Positions 33,442-43,153 of a stretch of DNA of 64,000 nt are shown one piece after another (positions within the stretch are counted from its first letter, which is position 1; each line of letters opens with the position of its first letter). The notes under the pieces are model-generated. The model was not told the DNA's origin, did not search any database, and saw only the letters and a program-made list of their open reading frames with translations. The position numbers and the translations under genes were made by a program. Source of the stretch: an uncultured Gammaproteobacteria bacterium (GTDB taxonomy: Bacteria > Pseudomonadota > Gammaproteobacteria > UBA9214); contig CAVVHS010000005.1 in the NCBI GenBank assembly GCA_963748215.1, positions 1 to 64,000 of the forward strand, given 5' to 3'.

Positions 33442-34560
33442 ATGACCGATTCACACACACCTGCCACGTCTGTCCGGCAACCGCCGGAAATGAGCGCCCT
33501 GCTCGCGATCGTCCGCGACATGGTGGGCCAGGTGCACCCGAAATGGAAAAACCTGCACTTCACGCCCAACACCCACCTGGAACGGGAACTGGGCCTGGAC
33601 AGTATCGCGCGCACGGAGTTGCATGTGCGCCTGGAACAGGCACTCGAAGTGTCCCTGGCCGAAGGCGCCGGGGTGTGCGCCGCCACACCCCACGACCTGA
33701 TGCGGGCCGTGCGCGCCGCGCTGGCCAGCGATGCCAGCTACCGGCCCTGCCCGGAACAGACCGGGGCCAGCGAGTCCGCCGATCTGCTGATGGGCGAGTT
33801 CGTCAATCCGGCGGATACCACCGCCATCGACCGTCGGCATACCCCGGGCGAATGGCTGTATGCCATCTACACCTGGCCGGTGTTCGTCATCCTCGGGATA
33901 CTGGCCTGGATACTGGTGGTCTTCACGCCGACCGAGCACGGCCGCCGCAAGATGGCGCACTGGTGCGCGCGGCTGCTGTGCTACTGCACCTTCACGCCCC
34001 TGAAGGTGAGCGGCCACGAGCACCTCGACCCGCATCAGGCGCAGATCATCGTCGCCAACCACGCCAGTTACCTGGACGGCTTCATCGTCACCGCGGCGCT
34101 GGACGTACCGATCCACTTCATCGTCAAGGGCGAACTGGCGCGCATCCTGCCGGTACGCCTGATCCTGGAACGCTTCGGCGTGGAATTCGTCGACCGCTTC
34201 AATGCCAACAAGGGCAGCAGCGACGTCAAGCGCATCGCCGACAAGTCGCGCAACGGCCAGTCCATCGTGTTCTTCCCGGAAGGCACCTTCACCACCTTCG
34301 AGGGCCTGCAGCCATTCCGCATGGGCGCCTTCGTCACCGCCGCCCGCGCCCGTGTGCCGGTGGTACCGGTCGCCATCCGCGGCGCCCGCAACATGGTGCG
34401 CGGCGACGACTGGTTCCCGCGCCGCGGCAGCATCGATGTCACGATCTGCGAGCCGATCCAGCCCCGGGGCGAAGGCTGGCAGGTCGCGCTGGACCTGCGC
34501 GACGCCGCACGTCACGAGATTGCAAAGTATTGCGGGGAACCTGATTTGGTCGGCGAGTGA
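33442..34560 (+). CDS. ACP-like domain fused to PlsC acyltransferase
   Basis: ELGLDSIARTEL phosphopantetheine-site motif; NHASYLD, FFPEGT, PVVPVAI. Confidence 0.82.
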   Translation: MTDSHTPATSVRQPPEMSALLAIVRDMVGQVHPKWKNLHFTPNTHLERELGLDSIARTELHVRLEQALEVSLAEGAGVCAATPHDLMRAVRAALASDASYRPCPEQTGASESADLLMGEFVNPADTTAIDRRHTPGEWLYAIYTWPVFVILGILAWILVVFTPTEHGRRKMAHWCARLLCYCTFTPLKVSGHEHLDPHQAQIIVANHASYLDGFIVTAALDVPIHFIVKGELARILPVRLILERFGVEFVDRFNANKGSSDVKRIADKSRNGQSIVFFPEGTFTTFEGLQPFRMGAFVTAARARVPVVPVAIRGARNMVRGDDWFPRRGSIDVTICEPIQPRGEGWQVALDLRDAARHEIAKYCGEPDLVGE

Positions 34561-34767
34561 TTCAGCTTGGCCGGGATTCACCACAGCAAGCACCGGGAAC
34601 CCGCAGGATGCGGTGAGCCTGTGAACCGCATCAAGCGAGGATAACGCGTGCACATCCGTGGAAAACCCGGCCTGGCGGGTGATTCAAACCGGTCAATCGA
34701 ATTCAGCCACAGAGGGCGATCTATAGAAAAACGGGCTCTTCCCCGAATCGAGTGGGTAGATTACCGT

Positions 34768-35020
34768 TGCAGGACCGAATTCATTCGGCCAACAGCCTGT
34801 TGCCACTGGAGACAAGGTGGTCTCCACGTCCTGTCGCGCATTGGGCAGGTGAGCGTCATTCCCTGCACCATCAAGTCTATTGCATCACCACGGTTAACCG
34901 CGGTCGTCATACTTTGTTTACGGATATCACCGCAGCACGCCTGCTGGTTCGCGAATGGTCGAATGAATTCGACCCTACAGGTCTGATTGTGAAACACCGT
35001 TGGCCGAATTCATTCGACCA
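34768..35020. mobile_element. REP pair enclosing a truncated RAYT (TnpA-REP) 5' fragment, plus a third REP
   Basis: TGCAGGACCGAATTCATTCGGCC(34768) / GGTCGAATGAATTCGACCCTACA(34957); inside reads RHSLHHQVYCITTVNRGRHTLFTDITAARLLVRE. Confidence 0.7.
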
Positions 35021-35173
35021 ACAACCTTGCCATCAGAAGGAGTGCGTATCGTCTAAATTGAGTGTTACCCACTCAGTCAGGGGAAGATCCAAAAATGTAT
35101 CCGGCCCTGTTATTGACAGATAAACGGGGTAAACACGCATCTCGGGATCAGCACCACCCCGACAGCCGGCCTG

Positions 35174-35545
35174 TTATTGCATTGAATGCAGGCCGAACAT
35201 ATTACCTTCGGTATCCAGCACCAGGGCAATGAAACCGTATTCGCCGATGGATATTTTCTCCCGCTGCACGCGCCCACCATTCGCGGCAACGCGCCCTGCC
35301 TCGACGGCGCAGTCCGCGCAGCCGAAATAGACCAGGGTACTGTTGCCGCCCGAAGGCACGCCGTCCATCCTGACCAGCGAACCACCGGCACCGGGACGGC
35401 CCGGCTCCATCGGGAACCGCCACATCTCGATATCCGGCATGGTCAGGCGTTCCAGGCTGACCTGGAACACTGCTTCGTAGAAAGCCCTGGCACGCGGCAT
35501 GTCCTGCACGTAGATTTCAAACCAGCCTACCGGGTTGTTGGTCAT
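35174..35545 (-). CDS. VOC/glyoxalase family protein
   Basis: NPVGWFEIYV..RARAFYE..DTEGNMFGLHS. Confidence 0.9.
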   Translation of the reverse strand: MTNNPVGWFEIYVQDMPRARAFYEAVFQVSLERLTMPDIEMWRFPMEPGRPGAGGSLVRMDGVPSGGNSTLVYFGCADCAVEAGRVAANGGRVQREKISIGEYGFIALVLDTEGNMFGLHSMQ

Positions 35546-35685
35546 GACTGCCTCCAGCGAATGGTCGAACGGCTGGATCAAGCGTAGTCACTGTGGCCGT
35601 TTTTTTTCCATGCCCGGTTGCCGGGTGCAGCGTTTCGGCCATGACCAGAGGGGTAATAAGGGGACCCCGTCCCCATTCCCCTCGG

Positions 35686-35976
35686 CTACAGATTGGCGGC
35701 TCGCTCGAAAAGACACTCGAATGACCCCATCTCGAATTCACGGCAAACCCATGGCCGCCGCTCGTAAATCGTACAAAGCATGGTGTTTCGATCCAGCGCC
35801 GAACACCAGCCATCGTCCAGCCGTGCCATGCGCCTCCCGCCCCACCGGTCTGTTTCAATATAAGTCTCCGGCACACCGGTTTCGGTAATGAGCAAGACTT
35901 CCAGGCGGCAACAGCAGGCCTCGCAGTTTGCACAGGTCACTTTTGTATCAGGCAGAGTTGTTGCATCGATGCTCAT
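35686..35976 (-). CDS. YkgJ-family cysteine cluster protein
   Basis: CANCEACCC..CSALD..CTIYERRPWVC. Confidence 0.85.
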   Translation of the reverse strand: MSIDATTLPDTKVTCANCEACCCRLEVLLITETGVPETYIETDRWGGRRMARLDDGWCSALDRNTMLCTIYERRPWVCREFEMGSFECLFERAANL

Positions 35977-36013
35977 GAATCACGCGTGATGGGTGTCAGT
36001 ACACCAGTAATCA

Positions 36014-36124
36014 GGGAATCTCTGGTTAATTCGTCATGCCGGCGAAGGCCGGCATCCAGGTCATTGAAAAATCTGGATCCCGGCATGCGCCGGGATGACA
36101 ATGAGTGAATTAATCAGAGGCTCC
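36014..36124. mobile_element. MITE with IS-like TIRs containing a CGTC-type REP pair (copy 1)
   Basis: GGAATCTCTGGTTAATTC..GAATTAATCAGAGGCTCC around CGTCATGCCGGCGAAGGCCGGCATCCAG..CTGGATCCCGGCATGCGCCGGGATGAC. Confidence 0.75.
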
Positions 36125-36178
36125 TCGAAATATAAGTGAAAATTGTGCTCTGACACCCTTTGTACCTGCGCGAGACAG

Positions 36179-36880
36179 CTATGGCATCACCAGTTCGATC
36201 GTCCCGTTTACCGTCACCCGCACCTCGCTCTCCCCGCCTTCCACCGCAACCGGCGCATCCGCGGTCTCCATGGCCATGGTCGCGACGCGCGCGCGGTACA
36301 GGATCGGCGGCTGCTGCGCGGAGGTGCCGACATTGATGGCGACGACCCGGTAATCGCCGGCCTTGAGGTTGGCGCTGACGATCTTCGCACGGGTCTTGAA
36401 CGCCTCCAGCGCGCTGTCGATCAGGCGATTCTCGACGGCGACGCGTTTCTCGTCGGAGACGGTGAAATTCATGGAGTTGATCTTCAGGCGTGCCTGCAGT
36501 TTTCCGACCAGTTCGCTGAGCACCTCGCTGTCGCGGCTCTCCAGCGTCAGGGTTTGCTGACCGCGCCAGCCCTTGGTGGTCAGATTGTCCTTGGACGGCA
36601 GCGGCCAGGTCTGGTAGCCGCCGGTACTGACCTTGACCGTCTTGTGCTGCTTCGCCAGCGACAGCGCCCACTCCATGTCCTGGTTGATCTGCGCCGCCAG
36701 TTTCGTCGCCTCGCGGTGCTCGCCAAAGGTGTTCATGCTCACGTGCATGGTGTCGTTGCTGACCTGTTCGGATACCTGCGCGTCCAGGTTGACCTGGTTG
36801 TAGCGTGGCGCCTCCCCGGCCAAGGCCGGCATAGCGCCGCACAGTCCGGCCAGCAGCCACAGTGTCGCCAGCGTCTTCAT
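36179..36880 (-). CDS. SIMPL/DUF541 periplasmic protein
   Basis: Signal peptide, YNQVNL..VSNDTM, GWRGQQ, VNGTIEL. Confidence 0.82.
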   Translation of the reverse strand: MKTLATLWLLAGLCGAMPALAGEAPRYNQVNLDAQVSEQVSNDTMHVSMNTFGEHREATKLAAQINQDMEWALSLAKQHKTVKVSTGGYQTWPLPSKDNLTTKGWRGQQTLTLESRDSEVLSELVGKLQARLKINSMNFTVSDEKRVAVENRLIDSALEAFKTRAKIVSANLKAGDYRVVAINVGTSAQQPPILYRARVATMAMETADAPVAVEGGESEVRVTVNGTIELVMP

Positions 36881-37257
36881 GCCTTGTTGTCCTGTTGCGC
36901 GCCCTGCTCGGCCACCTGGCGGCGCACCTCGTCCATGTCGAGTTCCTTCACTTTCTCGACAATCGAGGCCAGCGCGGCGGGCGGCAGCGCACCCGGCTCT
37001 GCATAGACGATGATCTGCTGGCGGAACACCATCAGCGTGGGTATGGAGCGAATCTGGAAGTGCCCGGCAAGTTCGCGCTCCTCCTCGGTATTGATCTTGG
37101 CGAATACGACGTCCGGGTGCGACTCCGACATGGATTCGAATACCGGCGCGAACTGCCGGCACGGGCCGCACCATGGCGCCCAGAAATCCAGCAGTACGAT
37201 GTCGTTGCCGGTGACGGTGCTGTCGAAGGTGTCCCTGGTGATTTCGATGACTGCCAT
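36877..37257 (-). CDS. Thioredoxin
   Basis: DFWAPWCGPC, IRSIPTLM. Confidence 0.92.
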   Translation of the reverse strand: MAVIEITRDTFDSTVTGNDIVLLDFWAPWCGPCRQFAPVFESMSESHPDVVFAKINTEEERELAGHFQIRSIPTLMVFRQQIIVYAEPGALPPAALASIVEKVKELDMDEVRRQVAEQGAQQDNKA

Positions 37258-37345
37258 AACCCTGCTCTCCGGAAATTAGCCATGCCGGTAAGTATAACGC
37301 AGCGGGTACAGGGAATGGATTCAGCAAACCCGGAACGAGGTCGGA

Positions 37346-39013
37346 CTACTGGTCGGAACTGCGACGCCTGGGCGCGACGTCGCTGCTTTCCTGCTGATAG
37401 GTCATGTCGAGTTCGATGCGGTTGCGACCCAGGCGCTTGGCACGGTACAGCGCCTTGTCGGCGCGTTCGATGAAAGCGCCGGCCGATTCGCCCGGTTTGT
37501 ACAGCGACACGCCGGCGGAGAAGGTCGGCACGTCGGAGACCGTGCCATTGGACTGCCAGCGCGTCTCGTTGGCACGGCGCCGCACCTTGTTGAGCGCGCG
37601 GATGGTGCCATCGGAGTCGGTGTTCGGCAGCAGCACGGCGAATTCCTCGCCGCCGTAGCGCGCCACCATATCGTGGTGACGGAAGATGGACAGGATATTG
37701 CGCGAATACACGCGCAGCACCTCGTCACCGGCGGCGTGACCGTGCTCGTCGTTCACCGCCTTGAAATGGTCGAGGTCGATCAGCACGAACGACAGCGGGA
37801 AGCCGTAACGCTGCACGCGCGCCACCTCGTCTTCCAGGCGGCGCATGAAGGCGCGCCGGTTCGGCAGCCCGGTGAGTTCATCGGTCAGGCTGAGCAGGCG
37901 CACCCGCGTCAGCTCGTCGGTCAGCTGGCGGCTGTCGGATTCGTAGAGCTGCAGGTAGTGGTGCGTGGTGTCGAGCTTGTCGGCCAGGTCGTGATGACCG
38001 CCCAGCGCCTTCTCGACTTCGCGGATGAGCTTCCAGCGGACATTCTCCAGTTCCGCGGGATCCTCGATCTGGCGCAGCTCGTCGAGGGTCTTTTCCAGCA
38101 CCACGCCGAATTCCTCGTTCTTGCCGATGGTCTCGATGACCTGCTCGCCCAGCGTCGCCTGCAGCTTGGCGATGTCATCGCGGCGCGCCTCCAGCTCGCT
38201 GCGGTGGAGTGACTTGAGATCCTGTCCGGCCGGGATTTCCTCGCTGATTTCCGGCGCAGCCGGTTCCGGTTCAGCCGGCAAGGACCCGGCAGTCTCTTCG
38301 ACGCCGGCCTGCTCTGCCGGCAAGGGCCCGGCAATGTCTTCGACGCCGGCCTGCTCCGCCGGCAAGGGTCCGGTAACGGCTTCGGGCGCGGCCTGCAGGC
38401 GCCGCTCGGGTGCCAGCGAGATCGGCCGCATCACCTCGGCGAGATGCTCCACCGCCTCCAGTGCAGCATCGTCTTCTTCCGTCTCCAGGTCCTCTTCCGG
38501 CTCGGCCACCGGTACAACACTCTCCGCCGCCGTGGCGAAACTTTCCACCTCGGGATAACGCCGCGGCGCATCGGGCACGGCGTCGATGCCGAACGCAGCG
38601 AGCAGCGGGTTGATGGCAGCGAGCATGACATCGGCTTGCAGCGTTTTGCTGTCACGCATCTGTTGCGCACAGTCATCGATGAAGCCGCGCATGGTGACAA
38701 GTTCGGACGAGGTCAGCGGTGGCTGCAGGCGCGCCTGCAACAGCCTGATCTGGAGGTAGGCCGAGGTACCGGGGGTGTGGTGCGCGCTGAAGGCCTCGAG
38801 CAGAACGTTGACGAAGCCGGCATAGGCCATCTGGGACTCGAGGTGGCTGGTGGCCATATCATCCAGCATGCCCTCGACCTGGCGGTAGATGACGGTGCCG
38901 GCTGGCGAGTTGCGCAGCGAGCCGAGCAGCTGCAACAGCTTGCGCATGCCGCTGGGATCAAGCTCCTCCGGTCTGTCCAAACCCGCCGCCATAAAGGTCT
39001 CCTGCCTGTCCAT
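37346..39013 (-). CDS. Diguanylate cyclase (GGDEF) with coiled/acidic N-terminus
   Basis: TDELTGLPNRR, DLDHFKAVND, RHHD I-site, YGGEEF, ADKALYRAK. Confidence 0.92.
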   Translation of the reverse strand: MDRQETFMAAGLDRPEELDPSGMRKLLQLLGSLRNSPAGTVIYRQVEGMLDDMATSHLESQMAYAGFVNVLLEAFSAHHTPGTSAYLQIRLLQARLQPPLTSSELVTMRGFIDDCAQQMRDSKTLQADVMLAAINPLLAAFGIDAVPDAPRRYPEVESFATAAESVVPVAEPEEDLETEEDDAALEAVEHLAEVMRPISLAPERRLQAAPEAVTGPLPAEQAGVEDIAGPLPAEQAGVEETAGSLPAEPEPAAPEISEEIPAGQDLKSLHRSELEARRDDIAKLQATLGEQVIETIGKNEEFGVVLEKTLDELRQIEDPAELENVRWKLIREVEKALGGHHDLADKLDTTHHYLQLYESDSRQLTDELTRVRLLSLTDELTGLPNRRAFMRRLEDEVARVQRYGFPLSFVLIDLDHFKAVNDEHGHAAGDEVLRVYSRNILSIFRHHDMVARYGGEEFAVLLPNTDSDGTIRALNKVRRRANETRWQSNGTVSDVPTFSAGVSLYKPGESAGAFIERADKALYRAKRLGRNRIELDMTYQQESSDVAPRRRSSDQ

Positions 39014-39281
39014 GGGCCAGTGCAGGACGTTCCGTGTCCTGTGATTTTTCTTGGCCCAACCTTACAGGGTGTTCACTCGTTCGCCCAGTCCGTTGCTTGC
39101 GTTGTTCTTGTAAACAAGGGGTTACAGGACATTGTTACGACCGCATGTCACATAATTGACGGTGAAAGTGTAACAGGTAAGGTCTGCCGTTTAACAGTGG
39201 TACAAAAGTACTAATCACAGCCTGAAGCCGCCACGAAAAAGGCCGGCATGCGGCCGGCCTGGTTCGCGTAGCAGCAGGTAA

Positions 39282-39983
<702 letters not shown>

Positions 39984-40050
39984 TTATCCCTGCCCGCCCC
40001 GCCAATGGCCAGACAACAGAATAAATGGGGGGATGTAGGGTATTTATGTG

Positions 40051-40105
40051 TAGAACCTGTCTCATAATCCCCCGCGCGCCGCGGGGGATTATGAGACAGG
40101 TTCTA
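40051..40105. mobile_element. 55-bp perfect palindromic mini-MITE
   Basis: 26-bp perfect arms TAGAACCTGTCTCATAATCCCCCGCG with a 3-nt loop. Confidence 0.75.
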
Positions 40106-40106
40106 T

Positions 40107-41330
40107 TCAATTCAGCTGGATGCGCTGTCCCCAGGGCACCGGGCCGCGCCCCTTGACCAGCCACAGCACCGGGAAACGCGGCTCGCGTTTGGGGAATTCG
40201 CCTTCCGCGTCAGTGAAATACACCAGCAGGTCCGGATTGCAGCCACTCTCGTCCACCCACTCGAACGGCGGCGTGAAGCGGGTGCCACCCCCGCCGCGGA
40301 TGTCCGCTGGCAGTTCGAAGGCCTCCCAGGGCTCGAACACCCAGGGTCCCTCCGGCGACAGCGCCGCGTCGCAGGCCAGCAGCGTGACGCGTGCCCGCAC
40401 CTGGCCCTTGATGGCATCGATCTCGGTGACAAACTCGCGCATCTCCTCCGCCCGGATCGAGCCGCTGGTGTCCAGCACCACGACGATGTCGGTCTGCGTG
40501 CTGCGCAGGCTGGGGAAGATGGCCTCGCCTTCGCGGCGCGAGGGACGCATGTAGCTGTAGTCGTCGCGCGCGACCGCGGTCATGTAGCGTGCCAGCAGCA
40601 TGCGCCACGGCAACTGCGGCTGCAGCAGGTGGTCAACCAGCCGGCGCAGCGCGCCGCCGAGCTTGCCGGCCTGCATGGCCTGCTGCGCGGCACCGGCCAG
40701 ACGCTGCCGCCACTGAATGGAAAGCTGTTCTTTTTCAGCTTCGCTGAGTGCTTGCGGCGCGCCGGCGTCGTGCTCCTCCGTCCCGGCACCCGAACCACCG
40801 CCAGCCCCTTCCTCGCTGCTGTCGTCCGGCTTGTCCGGCTGGCTGTCCTCACCCGGATCCTGCTGCTGGTTCGACTTCGTCTCCTTGCCGTACAGGTGCT
40901 GGTCGTGCGGTTCTTCCTCGTTGTTCTCCTTGACCAGCGGGTAGATCTCCTCCGCCATCATGCCTTCGTAGCCGATGTTGTACAGCGCGCCCGGCACCGC
41001 CGTCATGCCTTCCCTGATCAGGATCGGGTTGATGGCGAGGTCGCAGGCCACGTCCCAGCGCTGGCGGTTGCGGTGTTCGCGACGCGCGAAGTGGGACAGC
41101 GCGCAGTGCAGCGCCTCGTGCGCCAGTGCGAACTGGGTCTGCTCCAGCGACAGACTGTCGATCCAGTCCGGGTTGTAGTAGAACGCGCGTGCGTCGGTGC
41201 CGATGGTCTTGCACCACTTCGGATCCGCCACCTTCATCGGCATGCGCAGCACCAGCGCGCCCAGGAACGGCCGGTCGAGGATCAGCCGCGTGCGCGCGGC
41301 GGAGAGCTTGGTTTCTATTTCATCGGACAT
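40107..41330 (-). CDS. DUF2201 family metallopeptidase-VWA protein
   Basis: HEALH zinc motif, WDVACDLAIN, DTSGS MIDAS, GGGGT, YFTDAEG. Confidence 0.85.
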   Translation of the reverse strand: MSDEIETKLSAARTRLILDRPFLGALVLRMPMKVADPKWCKTIGTDARAFYYNPDWIDSLSLEQTQFALAHEALHCALSHFARREHRNRQRWDVACDLAINPILIREGMTAVPGALYNIGYEGMMAEEIYPLVKENNEEEPHDQHLYGKETKSNQQQDPGEDSQPDKPDDSSEEGAGGGSGAGTEEHDAGAPQALSEAEKEQLSIQWRQRLAGAAQQAMQAGKLGGALRRLVDHLLQPQLPWRMLLARYMTAVARDDYSYMRPSRREGEAIFPSLRSTQTDIVVVLDTSGSIRAEEMREFVTEIDAIKGQVRARVTLLACDAALSPEGPWVFEPWEAFELPADIRGGGGTRFTPPFEWVDESGCNPDLLVYFTDAEGEFPKREPRFPVLWLVKGRGPVPWGQRIQLN

Positions 41331-41397
41331 TTCTCCATTTTGCCACAAGTATCAATAGCGATTGTGACTTCGCTATCTCTGGATTTTCTTAGCATCA

Positions 41398-41992
41398 GGT
41401 TTCGCCCTGTCGGGCGAGGTACTTTTCTTTGCTTCGCCAAAGACTAATTCGCCGGGAGCGGATTTGGACAGCCGCAGGCTGGCCCGCAGGGCGAAGTCCA
41501 TGGACGGACTTCGCAAAAGTACCCAACAACGACTGCCCCGGAGGCTGGGTTGTCAAAACACCCAGATATACAAGGCCGCTGCGCAGCCTTGCCCATGCGC
41601 TTCTCGACGGTTTGGGACCATTTCTACAAGCCCGCTACGCAGGCTTGCCCGTCAGGATTTGCCGCGCCTTCGGCTAGCAAATCCAGCTCGACAGGGCGGC
41701 TCGCACTGATACTAAAATCCCGCTACGCAGGATTTGGCTGCGATGCTCGGCTGTGCCTGGCGGGACCAAAATGCACCACCCTTTCCCCGTTGGCCGCGCC
41801 GAGTACCGCAGTCAAGCCGGGATCAAGGCGCGCACCCTGTCCGAGGCAAGCCGGAGCGGGATGAACATCCCGCTCCGGCTCCGAGTTGTGCGCGCCCCCG
41901 GCTTGGCGAGGAACGGAGGTGTTCGGCGAAGCCGACGCGGCCAGCGGGTGCCCTTCTCTTTGGGTACTTTCTCTTGGGCACGCGAGAGTACC
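41398..41992. mobile_element. ~600-bp non-coding multi-hairpin element with nested inserts
   Basis: Ends GGTACTTTTCTTTG..AAAGTACC and TCTCTTTGGGTACTTTCTCTTGGGCACGCGAGAG; many GNA-triloop hairpins; no credible ORF. Confidence 0.6.
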
Positions 41993-41993
41993 T

Positions 41994-43040
41994 TCACCTG
42001 TCGTACAGCATCACATCCGCGACGATGTTCGCCCACTTCGAGAACTGCGGTACGGCGAAGATATCCTGGCCGATGGCGCGGTACATGTCGGAGACCAGCA
42101 TCACGCCCATCTCGCGCTGCGCGAAGGAGCCGGCGTAGTCGAGGATATGCCCGTAGATCTCCGCCGAGTTGGCCTCGCTGCGGGCGCGGATGGCGCGGCC
42201 GACCAGCGCGGCGGCGACCGCGTACTGCAGGTCGGTTTCCTTCGGCACGCGCACCTTCTCGCCGCGCACGATGGCGTCGATGTCCGGCAGCTTGTCGAGG
42301 TTCTCGACGAAGGCGGACAGCTCGATACCGGCGGCCGGTCCCACGCAGGCCTGCAGCGATCCGATCAGCAGGTCCTGCACGTCGCCGAACTTGTGCAGCG
42401 CGCGGTGCGCGAATTCCCAGGAGCGTGGCGAGGGAAACGCCACCGGGTTGTGCGCCGGGTCGAATTCGAACAGCAGCTCGGGACGGAAGCGCAGGAAGGC
42501 GATCAGGCGCTCGTCGATGTCGTGGGCATAGGCCCAGGCCACCCAGTCGTCGAGGTTGATATCGACGTCGAAATGCGAGAAGCGGTTGGCGAGCGGCGCC
42601 GGCATGGTGTAGGTCACACCGCGGTCGCCCTGGCGGTTGCCGGCGGCGAAGATTGCCCAGCCGTCCGGCACGGTGTACGCCCCGAGGCGCCGGTCGAGGA
42701 TCAGCTGGTAGGCCGCCGCGGATACGCTCGGCGGCACCGAGGTGATTTCGTCGAGAAACAGGATGCCCTGCCCGCCGTGGCGCTGCGCATCCGGCAGCAT
42801 GGACGGCACCGCCCATTCGACCTGGTTCTCGACACGGAACGGGATGCCGCGCAGGTCGCTCGGCTCCATCTGCGACAGGCGGATATCGATCACCGGCATG
42901 CCGTGGCGTTCCGCGATCTGCGCCACCATCTGCGACTTGCCCACGCCCGGCGGACCCCACAGCATGACCGGGGTGTGTTGTCCGTGGACGGCGGCCTGAA
43001 ACTCGCGTTCAAGCACGGTAAGCAGCTGGGCTGGGCGCAT
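41994..43040 (-). CDS. MoxR-like AAA+ ATPase
   Basis: WGPPGVGKS, DLRGIP, LFLDE, AAGNR, LANRF, SPRSW. Confidence 0.9.
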   Translation of the reverse strand: MRPAQLLTVLEREFQAAVHGQHTPVMLWGPPGVGKSQMVAQIAERHGMPVIDIRLSQMEPSDLRGIPFRVENQVEWAVPSMLPDAQRHGGQGILFLDEITSVPPSVSAAAYQLILDRRLGAYTVPDGWAIFAAGNRQGDRGVTYTMPAPLANRFSHFDVDINLDDWVAWAYAHDIDERLIAFLRFRPELLFEFDPAHNPVAFPSPRSWEFAHRALHKFGDVQDLLIGSLQACVGPAAGIELSAFVENLDKLPDIDAIVRGEKVRVPKETDLQYAVAAALVGRAIRARSEANSAEIYGHILDYAGSFAQREMGVMLVSDMYRAIGQDIFAVPQFSKWANIVADVMLYDR

Positions 43041-43153
43041 GGGATTCCCTTGAAATACGGTGATTCGTCAACTCGGCATCGGCAGGCGCATTCTACTGGC
43101 TTTACCCGCCAAAATCATGGCCGGAACCGCCAGGCCTGACCTCCCCGCACTGG

